A stretch of DNA of 64,000 nucleotides from Cyclobacteriaceae bacterium (GCA_025455015.1 JALONI010000003.1:8195-72194); one strand, 5' to 3'; shown: positions 48,513 to 59,098, counted from the stretch's first letter. The notes: a model not told the origin generated them from the letters alone. A program made the numbers and translations.

Positions 48513-48572
48513 GGGGGTAGAAAAGCAAGCGAAAGATAGACAACCGCGGGCATACCAACGCAGCGGCAAGAG

Positions 48573-49781
48573 TCAGAGGGCAGACAGGCAAGAGGCTACT
48601 TCGCTTCGCCATTTTTGCACAGAGAGGGCAAGCGTAAAATCCTGGCTGCGAAGCTGCGCGCGTGATCCTCGTGCCGCTCGCCCCTCGTTCACCAGCCGGT
48701 CAATAGCCCAGGCCCACCAGCGTTGTTCGTCAGTTGCCGATAGATGCGGGGCAACCAAGTAACCATAAGGCGTTTCAAGCACCGCATCAAACGGCTCCTG
48801 GCGGGGGTTCAGTATTTCTTGCGGGCCATAAGGGCAATTGCGCGCCACCACCGGAAGCCCGCACGTCATGGCCTCAATCAGGGCCATGGGAAAACCCTCG
48901 AACAGAGAAGGAAACAAAAAAACGCTGCCTTGTTGCAGAAACACGAATGGATTGTCTTGGTATCCCATAAAAAAAACAGACTGACTGGCGCGCGGTGTCT
49001 CGGTCGTGCGCGCATCGTAAAAATCAAGGTGGAGCAAAGCCGCCAGCTCTGTCAACCGATCCATCTCCGGGCCAGAGCCAATCAGAACCAAGTGATACTT
49101 TTGCTGCCAGGCCGGATCGGCAAAAAGACTAATCAGTAGCCGATGATTTTTTTCGGGGGCAAGTCTTCCATGCGTGATGAGCACGGGCTTTTCGAACAGG
49201 GGGGCCGTGTGTGCGGGAAGGGCTTGGTTGGCGCTGGCGCGGATGACATTGAGGTCGGTGCCGTTTTCGATCACACACAACCGATCCGGACGGAGGCCGT
49301 AGTCACTCAGCAATTCGTTTTTTATTCCCTCGGATACGGCAATGAGGCGATCGGCCCGTTGGTACAACGCAGGAATCAGCAGGCGTTTTCGAACCCACCC
49401 CAGCCAGCCAGCAATGGCCTGATCATGGCTTTTTGAACCGTGGATGCATAAAACCACCTTCTCCGACCGGGCCGACAAAATATTTACATAGTCGGCTCCT
49501 TCCAAATGGCTGATGGCGATGTCAATGGCCAACTCCCTTTTCAGTTGACGGAGGCGGAGGACGCGTTTGACGAAGTTGACGGCTTTTGAGAACCACGTGG
49601 TGCCGGCCGGCACTTCGAGCGACCGTATCGGATTGCCCGTGGGGTAGGCGTGGCCAAAGTCAAAATTGAAAACACATTCAATCACCTCGTACTCCGTGGC
49701 TAGCGCGATGGCCACCTCGTGGAAGACGCGCTGCGCTCCGCCAAAGCCCGCGTTGGGTATGATCATGAGTACTTTCTTCAT
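48573..49781 (-). CDS. Glycosyltransferase family 4
   Basis: GFGGAQRV, GRLAPEKN, EGFPMALIEAM. Confidence 0.92.
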   Translation of the reverse strand: MKKVLMIIPNAGFGGAQRVFHEVAIALATEYEVIECVFNFDFGHAYPTGNPIRSLEVPAGTTWFSKAVNFVKRVLRLRQLKRELAIDIAISHLEGADYVNILSARSEKVVLCIHGSKSHDQAIAGWLGWVRKRLLIPALYQRADRLIAVSEGIKNELLSDYGLRPDRLCVIENGTDLNVIRASANQALPAHTAPLFEKPVLITHGRLAPEKNHRLLISLFADPAWQQKYHLVLIGSGPEMDRLTELAALLHLDFYDARTTETPRASQSVFFMGYQDNPFVFLQQGSVFLFPSLFEGFPMALIEAMTCGLPVVARNCPYGPQEILNPRQEPFDAVLETPYGYLVAPHLSATDEQRWWAWAIDRLVNEGRAARGSRAQLRSQDFTLALSVQKWRSEVASCLSAL

Positions 49782-50671
49782 CGCCAGGCAATCTTTTTTA
49801 GAACGGCCCAAAAACGTTTTCGCGTCAGTACCCATAGAGATGAGGTGGCAGCCCGCCACGCATAGTGGCGCGCGCGTTTTTTGTTTTTTGAACTGGCAAA
49901 AGCCAGCGCTACAAACGAATAGCGGTCGGCCCGAAATAAGTTGATCGCGTGTGTGCCATAGCGTTCGGTGAAGGCCGGATGCTGCGCTACCCAATCGGCA
50001 AAAAAAACATCGCGGATTTCAACTTTTTCGGGCGCCAACTGAAACAGGCTTCGGGCGGGGTGCTGCACCATCGAAAACGTGGGTTCGTTCAGCTCGATAA
50101 AGGGGTGTTGGGTGTGTATGCGTAACCAAAGCTCCCAGTCTTCGGCCGTGATCAAGGCCCGGTCTTCGCGAAAGGGAAACTCAAGCGCCACTTGACGTTG
50201 AAGAAAGACAGCGTTAGCAGCCAGAAAGTTGTTGAATAAAAGTGCGCGGGTGAAGGTACCCTTGCCCCGCTCCATCCGTCCCATCCGTACGCCCGCCTCA
50301 TCGATGAAACGATAGTGACTGAAAACGACCGTGGGCTGTTGCCTTTGGTGGATAAAGGCGTGTACCCGTTCCAACCGGTCGGCATCCATCACATCATCAC
50401 TGTCGAAAAAATTGACGTACGTCCCCGTTGCCAGCCGCGTTCCCGTATTTCGCGCTACGGCCCGCTCTTGGTTGCGCTGAGCATGATAGATGATGGGGTT
50501 GTTGGCCAGACAGTGGCTGATCGCCTCCCCCGTGCCATCGGTACTTCCATCATCTACAATGATCAGCTCGAAGTCGCGAAACGTTTGCGACAACACCGAA
50601 CTAACCAGCCGCAGCAGTTGGTCTTTGCGGTTATAGGTTGGAACAATGATCGAAAAAAACGGGCGGTTCAT
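49778..50671 (-). CDS. Glycosyltransferase family 2
   Basis: SIIVPTYN, VDDGSTD, FFDSDD, EDWELWLR. Confidence 0.93.
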   Translation of the reverse strand: MNRPFFSIIVPTYNRKDQLLRLVSSVLSQTFRDFELIIVDDGSTDGTGEAISHCLANNPIIYHAQRNQERAVARNTGTRLATGTYVNFFDSDDVMDADRLERVHAFIHQRQQPTVVFSHYRFIDEAGVRMGRMERGKGTFTRALLFNNFLAANAVFLQRQVALEFPFREDRALITAEDWELWLRIHTQHPFIELNEPTFSMVQHPARSLFQLAPEKVEIRDVFFADWVAQHPAFTERYGTHAINLFRADRYSFVALAFASSKNKKRARHYAWRAATSSLWVLTRKRFWAVLKKIAWR

Positions 50672-50686
50672 GACAAGTGTACAAAG

Positions 50687-51532
50687 CTAAAACTGAATGG
50701 CTTTGTTTAGCGCACCCAGGCACTCAAAAAGAAAGGTGTACACCCGCCCATACGTGCGCACCATAAAATGATGAAGATTATCGCGCAGTAGTTTATTTTT
50801 TTGTTCGTTAAGTTGCTGATTGGTAGCACTGCCGGAGAAGTGATGGATGACAACGATACGCGGATCGTAGTAGATTTTCCGGCCGTGTTTATGTAGTTGG
50901 TAGCACCATTCCAGGTCTTCCTGATACATGAAATAGGTTTCGGGGAGTTTCCGGCCGGGAAATATCTTCAGCAGATCGCTGGAGAAACAAAAGAAGGTTC
51001 CCCAAATCCAATCCGGATAGACAGGCGAGAGGTGATCAAAAAAGCCACCCAACAGCCACCGGCCACGGGCGTGCTTGGAGAGCAACTTCTGAAGGCGGAA
51101 CAACTCAGCTAATTGAAGCGAAAGCGAAGGAAACCGGCCGCACTGAGGCTGTACTTCGCCTGAAGGGTACACCAGCTTGCCCGTAACTACCGCCACTCCT
51201 TCGCGCTGTTTGTGGCGCAGCAACTGATGCGCGTGCCCAATGGCATTGTCGATCAACTCGGTGTCGCTGTTCAGCAAGAGCAGGGTGCCGCCCTGCGCAG
51301 CCGCCAGGCCGCGATTGTTGCCTTTGGCAAAGCCTTCGTTGCTTTGACTCTTGAGCAGTATGACTGAGGGAAACCGTTGGGTGAACGCTTCTGCGGGGCA
51401 CTCGGTCGAAGCGTTGTCCACCAGGATCACCTCAAAAGAGACACCGGTGGTATGCCGGTAAATTGACTCCAAACAGGCACAGGTAAGTGCATACGTGTTG
51501 TAATTGACAATAATGATCGAAACCTCAATCAT
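50687..51532 (-). CDS. Glycosyltransferase family 2 (rhamnosyltransferase-like)
   Basis: SIIIVNYN, VDNAS, GFAKGNN, LLNSD, FMYQED. Confidence 0.92.
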   Translation of the reverse strand: MIEVSIIIVNYNTYALTCACLESIYRHTTGVSFEVILVDNASTECPAEAFTQRFPSVILLKSQSNEGFAKGNNRGLAAAQGGTLLLLNSDTELIDNAIGHAHQLLRHKQREGVAVVTGKLVYPSGEVQPQCGRFPSLSLQLAELFRLQKLLSKHARGRWLLGGFFDHLSPVYPDWIWGTFFCFSSDLLKIFPGRKLPETYFMYQEDLEWCYQLHKHGRKIYYDPRIVVIHHFSGSATNQQLNEQKNKLLRDNLHHFMVRTYGRVYTFLFECLGALNKAIQF

Positions 51533-52682
51533 GCGTGTGCGGCTCGATGATTTGATACCAATAGGCCTGCCCGGTCTTTTCGAAATGGAAAGCTTGGGCA
51601 ATGGTTTTTGCTCGTTGGCTCAATTTACCCCGCTCGGAGGGATTTTGGGCCAGGCGTACGATGGCGTTTGCTACTTCGGATATGCGCGCGTGGCCTCGCT
51701 CATCTACGTCAATCAACAGGCCGCCCGGCCCGCCCGGCAAGTCGACCACCTCGGGTATGGCTCCCACCCGCGTGGCAATGACCGGTTTGCCCAGCCGGAA
51801 AAAGTCGAGCAAGGCAATGCCAAAAGCTTCGTAATGGCGTGAGAGTACCAGCCCCACATTTACGTGTTGGAGCACCGCTTGGGGGGCCGTTATGCGGCCG
51901 TGAAAAATCATGGAGTGCTCGTGCGCGAATTCCTGTCGCAGCGCGGCCAGCTCGGGGCCATCACCAACGAAATGCAGTTCAAGGGCCGGCACGGATTTTC
52001 GGGCTTGCACGAAAGCCTCTGCCGCTTCACGCCATCCTTTGTAGGCAACACCCCGGCCAATCATGCCCAACCGGAAGGCCGTTCCTTCTTCGCGTTTGGC
52101 TGCCAGGGGCTCATGGGTTGCTTGCCACCCATTGTAGATAACGCGGGACGGGACACCCCACTTTTCCGCAATGGTGGCCTGACACCAGCGCGACACCGAG
52201 ACCACGCGGTGTGCCTGCACGAGGGCACTGGTGTCAATCGGTGTTTTGTCCACTGCGGCATAGCTGTACTCGCCATGCTCCACCACCCAATGAGGCACCG
52301 CATTGTGGGCGCGGTAGCGGTGACAGAACAAATCGGCATCAAGCGAGTTGGAGATAACCACCTTCACTTTTTTGGCGCGGATGAGATACCGGAAGTAGTG
52401 CGCGGTGAGTCTGTCTTTCAGATTTGGCAGGCCCATGCGCGCAGCCACCGCATTAGCCTTCCAAAAAAAATAATCTAGCCAGCGCCCCCGGAAAAGAGAC
52501 GCCACGCGAATACCGCGCGACCGAAGTGTGGCATAGTAGGCGCGATCCCACGTGCTGAAAACGGGAAAGAGGCATGCAGCCACGCCTTTTTTGTTCAGGT
52601 AGTCGCACAGGTCGGCTGCGAATGTTTCCGCACCGCCAATTTGGATCGACCAAACCACCACCAAAACCACCGGCTTACGCAT
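51525..52682 (-). CDS. Glycosyltransferase family 4
   Basis: IGGAE, GRGVAYKG, EAFGIALLD, VGAIPEVV. Confidence 0.9.
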   Translation of the reverse strand: MRKPVVLVVVWSIQIGGAETFAADLCDYLNKKGVAACLFPVFSTWDRAYYATLRSRGIRVASLFRGRWLDYFFWKANAVAARMGLPNLKDRLTAHYFRYLIRAKKVKVVISNSLDADLFCHRYRAHNAVPHWVVEHGEYSYAAVDKTPIDTSALVQAHRVVSVSRWCQATIAEKWGVPSRVIYNGWQATHEPLAAKREEGTAFRLGMIGRGVAYKGWREAAEAFVQARKSVPALELHFVGDGPELAALRQEFAHEHSMIFHGRITAPQAVLQHVNVGLVLSRHYEAFGIALLDFFRLGKPVIATRVGAIPEVVDLPGGPGGLLIDVDERGHARISEVANAIVRLAQNPSERGKLSQRAKTIAQAFHFEKTGQAYWYQIIEPHTHD

Positions 52683-53850
52683 GGATCAAGCGGTTATAGA
52701 GCGAACAGTATTGGTCAACACATGTTTCCATCCGAAATCGCAGCGTGGCTTGACTGGCCGCTTGGCTGTGCTGGGCGTACAGTGCTTCGTTCAGAACATA
52801 CCGTTCCATGGCCTCTGCCAAATCTACGGAGCGCGGCTCTTTTTCGGCCGTTAGCGGCAGCAACTGACCGCAGGTGCCCGAAGGCGCATGAACAATCTCG
52901 GGGATACCACCCAGTTCGCTGGCGATCACCGGCTTGTTGGCCAGCAGGTACTCGATCACGGTGGTGGGTAATCCTTCGTAGTAACACGAAGGGGCCAACC
53001 CCACATCCATTGCCTCAATGTAGTCGCCCACGAGCGGTGTTTCTTCGACCAGGTGTATGTTCGTTTCAGTTATGGAGAGGCCGTTCTGCCGGAGAAACGC
53101 TTTCGTGACTCCCACCAAAATCAAGTGTGTCGTTCGCTTTGTTCGGGTTTGAAAACTCAGGAAGGCCTCCACGGCAAGGTGCCAACCTTTCTGCCGAGAC
53201 GCGCGCCCCACCATCCCAAAAACAAAAGCATCACTGCCTATGCCCAACGCTGCACGGGCAGCGTAACCGGCTGTTTGGGTGGCTTTTGCCACACCGTTGT
53301 AAATAACCTCTACGGGGGCCGTGAGTAGCGAGGCTTCCTCCGTCAACCACTTTTTTCCCGCGTATGACACCGATACAATGGTTGATACCTGCCGCAAAAA
53401 TGGCTGAAGGGAAAAATTTGGCTGTTGGGCCCAATAGGCAATTTCGTTGTGGTCGGTAAACACCACTTTTTTTGCAGGGGAGAACTTCGCCATGCGCAGA
53501 TGATCGGCATACGCGCTGTGGCTGTGAATGACATCGATACGATACCACCAAACACAAAAGGCAAAAAACCCATTGGTACACATTTTATGAATGTGAGTCG
53601 GCCCGCCAAGGGCCGCGGAAAGCGCGTTTACCTTCCATGCCACGAAGTTGAGGATTGGTACTGTATGCAGGGAGCGTAGGGTAATGCCGGGTAGCCGCGC
53701 CATCTTTTTGTGCAGCGAGGCCCCCCGGGGGTTGCTTTCGACAAATACGATGACCCGATGGCCGCGCTTGGCAAGTTCGCTGGCCAGGTTGCTGACCATT
53801 ACCTCGGTGCCACCCAGTTGCAACGACCATGTGGACAACAGGATATTCAT
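52675..53850 (-). CDS. Glycosyltransferase family 4
   Basis: LGGTE, GRASRQKG, EGLPTTVIE, GGIPEIV. Confidence 0.9.
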   Translation of the reverse strand: MNILLSTWSLQLGGTEVMVSNLASELAKRGHRVIVFVESNPRGASLHKKMARLPGITLRSLHTVPILNFVAWKVNALSAALGGPTHIHKMCTNGFFAFCVWWYRIDVIHSHSAYADHLRMAKFSPAKKVVFTDHNEIAYWAQQPNFSLQPFLRQVSTIVSVSYAGKKWLTEEASLLTAPVEVIYNGVAKATQTAGYAARAALGIGSDAFVFGMVGRASRQKGWHLAVEAFLSFQTRTKRTTHLILVGVTKAFLRQNGLSITETNIHLVEETPLVGDYIEAMDVGLAPSCYYEGLPTTVIEYLLANKPVIASELGGIPEIVHAPSGTCGQLLPLTAEKEPRSVDLAEAMERYVLNEALYAQHSQAASQATLRFRMETCVDQYCSLYNRLIHA

Positions 53851-53852
53851 GG

Positions 53853-54641
53853 CTACCGGCCCTCGTTTGGTGCGGCCGTTCGCTTCTCGCCCATCAGAAT
53901 AAACACACTGGCATCTTCCGCGGGTCCCTCAATCGGCCGTATCACAAAGTCTTCTGCTACGGTGGCATCTGTGATGTCCGATAAAAAATTCACCACCGGT
54001 TTTCCCAACAGTCGTTTGATGGCATTCTTCACCCGCATATAGGGTGTAGACTGAATGGTAAAGTGCAACTCCAGAATATTTTTTTTTAAGTACTGAAACC
54101 GCTGGAAGGGAAGGCTTTCGTCTTGTCGATAGTGGCCTGTGATGTGAAAATACCGGGAAAACACTTCGCGAAATTCGGTCAGTGTCAGTTCGTTCACATG
54201 AAAGGGGTTGTGGATACCTTGCGCTGAAAACTTTTGCTTGTTGGGTGTACTGCAGAGGAGGCTGCCCCCGGGCTTTAGCAACCGGCTCATTTTCTCCAGA
54301 AAATCGCCTGGTTCGGGCAGGTGTTCCAACGTTTCGAAGCTCACGATCAAGTCGTACAGTGGTTGGTCAGCGGCCAGGGCTCGATAGTCGCTCTGCACAA
54401 ATTCAATGGAGCGGCTATAGTTTTTTTTCGCAAAGGTGATGGCCTCTTCGGAGATATCAACACCGCACACCCGGGTGGCGCCCAACTGGTGGATAATCGC
54501 GGAGCCGTAGCCAACGCCACAAGCAATATCCAAGACAGACTTGCCCGCGTAGTGTGCACCAAAATAATGGTAGCGTTGCAAATGGTCGGCACTGTACTTT
54601 TCCCATGCCAAGGTACCGGGTGTCAATCGTTCTTCGGCCAT
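53853..54641 (-). CDS. Class I SAM-dependent methyltransferase (putative glycan O-methyltransferase)
   Basis: HLQRY, LDIACGVGYG, SFETLEH, STPN, NPFHVNEL. Confidence 0.9.
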   Translation of the reverse strand: MAEERLTPGTLAWEKYSADHLQRYHYFGAHYAGKSVLDIACGVGYGSAIIHQLGATRVCGVDISEEAITFAKKNYSRSIEFVQSDYRALAADQPLYDLIVSFETLEHLPEPGDFLEKMSRLLKPGGSLLCSTPNKQKFSAQGIHNPFHVNELTLTEFREVFSRYFHITGHYRQDESLPFQRFQYLKKNILELHFTIQSTPYMRVKNAIKRLLGKPVVNFLSDITDATVAEDFVIRPIEGPAEDASVFILMGEKRTAAPNEGR

Positions 54642-54644
54642 ACG

Positions 54645-55850
54645 TTAGTTGGTCAGCGTAAATTGTACGGGCCACCACAGGTAAGAGGCTTTGCGCGGAG
54701 GCGTTTTCTTGGTGCCCCAAAGGTCGCGCTCTTTTACCTCAAACGTAGCCGCCTGCTCGATAATGTGGGTATCGGATTTTTCATCTCCGAAAAACAACGA
54801 CACCGTGTATTTACCCTCCATCAGGGGAACGGCTCCCAACTGGCACGTAATGGTGCCGGTGGTGCCTCTGAATGTTTCTTGTCCGTCTTTTTGGTAGCGG
54901 TTGTTGGCATTGATCAGCTTTGTGCCATCTATTGAGCTCACCACCATCCCCAAACACGGGTGAATTTCCTTTTCGCTCACATACGTGGCCCGAAGGACAA
55001 TGGATTCGCCAAAGTAGTAAACGGGCTCTTGGCGGTCGGCAAACGTGAGCGTGTCCAGCCATGCGTGCGCATCCAGCGGTTTTGGGAGTTTGATTTCCGT
55101 CTGCGATACCAAATTGCGCGAGTTGTACTGCTCAATGACATCGGCCACCGGCCCGGCAAAAATGTGTTGTCCGCCTTCCAAGAGTACCGCCCGGTCGCAG
55201 AGATTTTCAACGGCCGCCATGTTGTGGCTTACGAACAAGATGGTACGCCCGCTTTTGCTCACATCTTCCATTTTGCCCAGGCACTTTTTCTGGAATTCTG
55301 CATCGCCCACAGCCAGTACTTCGTCAATGATCAAAATTTCAGGCTCCAAAAAGGCGGCCACGGCAAAAGCCAGACGTAATTGCATGCCGCTCGAGTAATG
55401 CTTCAGCGGAGTATCCAAAAACTTCTCCACCCCGCTAAACGCCACGATCTCATCAAACTTTTGTTCGATTTCTTTTCGCTTCATGCCCAGCAGCGAACCG
55501 TTCAGGAAAACATTTTCGCGACCGGTCAGTTCGGGGTGAAAGCCCGTACCCACTTCCAGCAAGCTGGCAATGCGTCCGCGCGACACAATGCGCCCCGTGG
55601 TGGGTGGGGTGATCTTGGACAGTATCTTCAACAGTGTGGATTTGCCGGCCCCATTTCGCCCAATAATCCCCATCGATTCGCCCGGCATCACGCTAAAAGA
55701 CACCTCGCGCAGCGCCCAAAAATCTTCGGCTTCCGTTTTGTCAAATGAAAACGTGTGCCACAACCGCTCGCGAAAGCTCAAGTACGGACCCGCCCGGTGG
55801 CTGATGCGGTACTTCTTGCCTACATGGTCCACTTCCAGAATCGGCTTCAT
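54645..55850 (-). CDS. wzt: Polysaccharide ABC exporter ATPase with C-terminal carbohydrate-binding domain
   Basis: GRNGAGKST, GFHPELTGREN, YSSGMQLRLAF, DEVLAVGD, plus an extra about 150 aa Wzt-C-like domain. Confidence 0.93.
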   Translation of the reverse strand: MKPILEVDHVGKKYRISHRAGPYLSFRERLWHTFSFDKTEAEDFWALREVSFSVMPGESMGIIGRNGAGKSTLLKILSKITPPTTGRIVSRGRIASLLEVGTGFHPELTGRENVFLNGSLLGMKRKEIEQKFDEIVAFSGVEKFLDTPLKHYSSGMQLRLAFAVAAFLEPEILIIDEVLAVGDAEFQKKCLGKMEDVSKSGRTILFVSHNMAAVENLCDRAVLLEGGQHIFAGPVADVIEQYNSRNLVSQTEIKLPKPLDAHAWLDTLTFADRQEPVYYFGESIVLRATYVSEKEIHPCLGMVVSSIDGTKLINANNRYQKDGQETFRGTTGTITCQLGAVPLMEGKYTVSLFFGDEKSDTHIIEQAATFEVKERDLWGTKKTPPRKASYLWWPVQFTLTN

Positions 55851-56677
55851 CACGCAAAGTCGGCAAAAAAGTCTTCGGTGCGCTTGAAGTAAACAGCGCC
55901 TATGAGCAGAAAAATGACATTGGCACCCAAGCTGATCGCCACCAGCCAGCCATCGTGCCACTGGCCGGTAAGCGGGTACCGAAACAGTTCCACCACCGCA
56001 TACATGGGCGACAGCGCCAACGCGTATTGCAGCGCGGGCACGTCAATCAACGTGATGGGATAGATGACGGGCGTCAAAAAAAATAACACTTGAACCAAGA
56101 AAGGGATCACATACCGGAAGTCGCGGTACTTGACATTCAAAGCCGACAGCCACACACCCAGCCCCAACGTAGCCAACGCGCCCACCAGAATACACATGGG
56201 CCAAACAAGCACGGCCCACCAGAAAACCGGTTGCTGGTATGCGATCAGCAACAGCGCAAACAAGACAAACCCCATGAGCGTGTCAAACAAGGCTACTAAA
56301 ATGGAGGAGATCGGGATGACCAAGCGGGGGAAATAAATTTTTTTGATAATGGGGGCGTTGCTGACCATGCTGTTGGCCGCGCTGGTGAGGCCTGACGAAA
56401 ACAAGTTCCAAACCAACAGCCCCGAGAACACATAAATGGGGTAGGGCAGGTTGCCCGAGGGGATGTTCAGCGCACGGCCAAAAAAGAACGTGAAGATCAC
56501 CATCATCAGCAGCGGTTGAAGAATGGCCCACAAAAAGCCGAGCACCGTTTGTTTGTACTTGATTTTGATGTCGCGCCACGTAAAAAAGAAAAACAGTTCG
56601 CGGTACCGCCACAATTCACTGAAATGAAAAACCCCACGCCTGGACGCATCAATGGTAAACTCGGTCGGTTCGGGCAT
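55850..56677 (-). CDS. wzm: Polysaccharide ABC exporter permease
   Basis: RDIKIKYKQTVLGFLWAILQP, KKIYFPR, LNVKYRDF. Confidence 0.93.
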   Translation of the reverse strand: MPEPTEFTIDASRRGVFHFSELWRYRELFFFFTWRDIKIKYKQTVLGFLWAILQPLLMMVIFTFFFGRALNIPSGNLPYPIYVFSGLLVWNLFSSGLTSAANSMVSNAPIIKKIYFPRLVIPISSILVALFDTLMGFVLFALLLIAYQQPVFWWAVLVWPMCILVGALATLGLGVWLSALNVKYRDFRYVIPFLVQVLFFLTPVIYPITLIDVPALQYALALSPMYAVVELFRYPLTGQWHDGWLVAISLGANVIFLLIGAVYFKRTEDFFADFA

Positions 56678-56730
56678 AAAGTACGGGCGCAGAGGTTCGC
56701 CCCAAATTGCGACTTTTGCACAAAAATAAG

Positions 56731-57813
56731 ATGAAAATCCTATTTCTGGCACCCTATCCCCAAAATCAGGCTCCCTCGCAGCGATTTCGCTTTGAACAGT
56801 ACTTGCCCGTACTTTCCCAACAAGGCCATTACTGGGAGTTTCATGGGTTTTTGGACTCGGCTTCGTGGCGTATTTTGTTTGTGCGAGGTAAGGCACTGCG
56901 CAAGGCCATGGGGGTAATGGAGGGTTTTCTGAGGCGGAGTTTGCTATTGACTCGCTTACATGCGTTTGATGCGGTATTCCTGCACCGCGAAGCGGCTCCT
57001 TTGGGGCCACCCGTTTTTGAGTGGATCATAGCAAAGGTTTGGCGCAAGCCGCTGATTTATGATTTTGATGATGCCATTTGGCTGCCGGACAACATCCAAG
57101 AAGGGAGGGCTATGCGGTGGCTGAAATACCGCAGTAAAGTGGCGCTCATTTGCCGTTGGAGCCGGGCCGTTAGTGCGGGCAATGACTACCTGGCCGCCTT
57201 TGCCAGGCAGCATGCTCCCCGGGTGGTGGTAAACCCCACCACCATTGATACCGAACAAATGCACAACCCGGCTCACTTCCGCAACGCTGACAACCGCCCC
57301 GGCCGTGTAGTGATCGGCTGGACCGGCTCGCACTCCACGCTCAAGTACTTGAAAGGGATGGAGCCGGTTTTGAAACAATTGTCCGACACCTATGCGCACG
57401 TCCACTTTTTATTTATTGCCGACCAGCCTCCTTCGCTCGCGTTGCCGCGCACCACGTTTGTCCCTTGGTCGTTGGAGACCGAGATCAGCGCCTTGGCTGC
57501 GATAGACATCGGCATCATGCCCTTGCCTGACGATGCGTGGGCCAACGGGAAGTGCGGGTTCAAAGCACTGCAATACATGGCCTTGGAAAAAGCGGCCGTA
57601 GTCTCGCCCGTGGGCGTAAATACAACCATCGTGACGGATGGTTCTAACGGGCTGCTTGCCGCCACGCCCGAGCAGTGGCACCGCGCCCTGGAACAATTGA
57701 TTCAAGACCCCGCGTTGCGCCAACGCCTCGGCCAAGCGGGCAGGCTGCGGGTACAACGCGCCTATTCAGTTGTTTCGAATACCGAGCGGTTTCTCTCTTT
57801 GTTCGACAAATAG
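56731..57813 (+). CDS. Glycosyltransferase family 4
   Basis: APSQRFRF, YDFDDAIW, GWTGS, KCGFKALQYMA, SPVGVN; divergent from wzm. Confidence 0.9.
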   Translation: MKILFLAPYPQNQAPSQRFRFEQYLPVLSQQGHYWEFHGFLDSASWRILFVRGKALRKAMGVMEGFLRRSLLLTRLHAFDAVFLHREAAPLGPPVFEWIIAKVWRKPLIYDFDDAIWLPDNIQEGRAMRWLKYRSKVALICRWSRAVSAGNDYLAAFARQHAPRVVVNPTTIDTEQMHNPAHFRNADNRPGRVVIGWTGSHSTLKYLKGMEPVLKQLSDTYAHVHFLFIADQPPSLALPRTTFVPWSLETEISALAAIDIGIMPLPDDAWANGKCGFKALQYMALEKAAVVSPVGVNTTIVTDGSNGLLAATPEQWHRALEQLIQDPALRQRLGQAGRLRVQRAYSVVSNTERFLSLFDK

Positions 57814-59093
57814 TAAATCAACACAAGCCCCACCAAATAAAAAGGCAACAGTGGTATCTTGTACCGTGTAAGGGTGCCAAAATTGAAGGTAGACACGCCC
57901 ACCCCAAATGCGAAAGTGATGCTGAAGGCAAAACAAAAGACCACGTGGGGATTGGAAAAAGCCCGGAAAAAAGAAAGCGGCCCTCGGAAAAAGAGGAACA
58001 GTGTGAACAGCAAGAAAAACAGGCTCTCTAACGCAGACAGGAGCATCAAGGGGTTTCGAACTTCCCACAGGTAAGGCCGAAAAAGCGACACGTTGACACC
58101 GCTGGGGGCCAGTTTCAGCATGCTGGCAAACGAGCCATCCAGTTCACCCAGCGAGTACCCGCTGCCGGCATCGCGCCCGGAATAGTACCGGATATCATAG
58201 GCGGTGATGCGTGCCGTGCGGGCCAGGTTTTGAAGCGAATACTTACTACCGCCCTCGCTCACCTGCGCGAGGCCCACGTAAATGGAGGCCAAACAAACGA
58301 TCGCGAACACGGGCACTAAGATGGCCTTGAGCATCCGCGAGCGGATGGCAAAAAAGTACTTGGAATAGACCCAAAACAAAGCGGCCGGGAGGTAGCAAAG
58401 CAGGATGTATTGCTTGATGTGGTAAATCAGGTACACGCTGAGGCCGAAAACAAGCAGCAGGCGTGTATTTACTTTTTTCTTGATCAGCAGCCGATGGATG
58501 GCGAAGGTGAGGAGTCCCAGCGCACCCAACGTCATGGTGTCTTTCAAAATGCCTGACCCCCAAAAAAAGACAGACGGAATAAAAAGCGTGGCCGTTGCAA
58601 TCCACCGATGGAGGAGCGGGAATTCCTTATAGAAGGTGAGAAACAAGGCCCATGAGCCCACAAAACTGAAGAGCGCAAAAAGCACGGCCGTGGCCGAATA
58701 GGTCGAGAACGTGAGCAGGTCGAAAAACGCAGCTACCCGCACCACGAAAAAAGACTGTGGGTCGTGGTAGAATAGAATGCGCGAGTGATAGCTGTACAAA
58801 TCCGGGTCGCTGCCAGGCGCATGGAACAGCAGTCGGAGCCCTTTGCTAAAATCATCGGTGAAGGCTTCCCAAATGATACGGCTGCCAAAAGTGTGGTAGT
58901 TGAACGTATCGCCCCCGGAATAGTAAAACTGATAGAGAAAGCCCAGCGCCAGGGCCCCCAAAATTTTGACCGCCAGCGCAGGGTAAAAATACTTTCGGTT
59001 CACGGCATCGGTCACGAACGGGCGCACAATGAAGGCCGCCACCAACAGAACGATCAGCAACAGCGGGGTTACAATCAAGTCGCGAAGCTCCAT
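57762..59093 (-). CDS. Polytopic membrane protein, possible Wzy/ligase/GT-C type
   Basis: About 11-12 hydrophobic spans; YYSGGDTFNY in the first loop; large loop before NFGTLTRYK; next to the glycan locus. Confidence 0.6.
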   Translation of the reverse strand: MELRDLIVTPLLLIVLLVAAFIVRPFVTDAVNRKYFYPALAVKILGALALGFLYQFYYSGGDTFNYHTFGSRIIWEAFTDDFSKGLRLLFHAPGSDPDLYSYHSRILFYHDPQSFFVVRVAAFFDLLTFSTYSATAVLFALFSFVGSWALFLTFYKEFPLLHRWIATATLFIPSVFFWGSGILKDTMTLGALGLLTFAIHRLLIKKKVNTRLLLVFGLSVYLIYHIKQYILLCYLPAALFWVYSKYFFAIRSRMLKAILVPVFAIVCLASIYVGLAQVSEGGSKYSLQNLARTARITAYDIRYYSGRDAGSGYSLGELDGSFASMLKLAPSGVNVSLFRPYLWEVRNPLMLLSALESLFFLLFTLFLFFRGPLSFFRAFSNPHVVFCFAFSITFAFGVGVSTFNFGTLTRYKIPLLPFYLVGLVLIYYLSNKERNRSVFETTE

Positions 59094-59098
59094 ACCGG

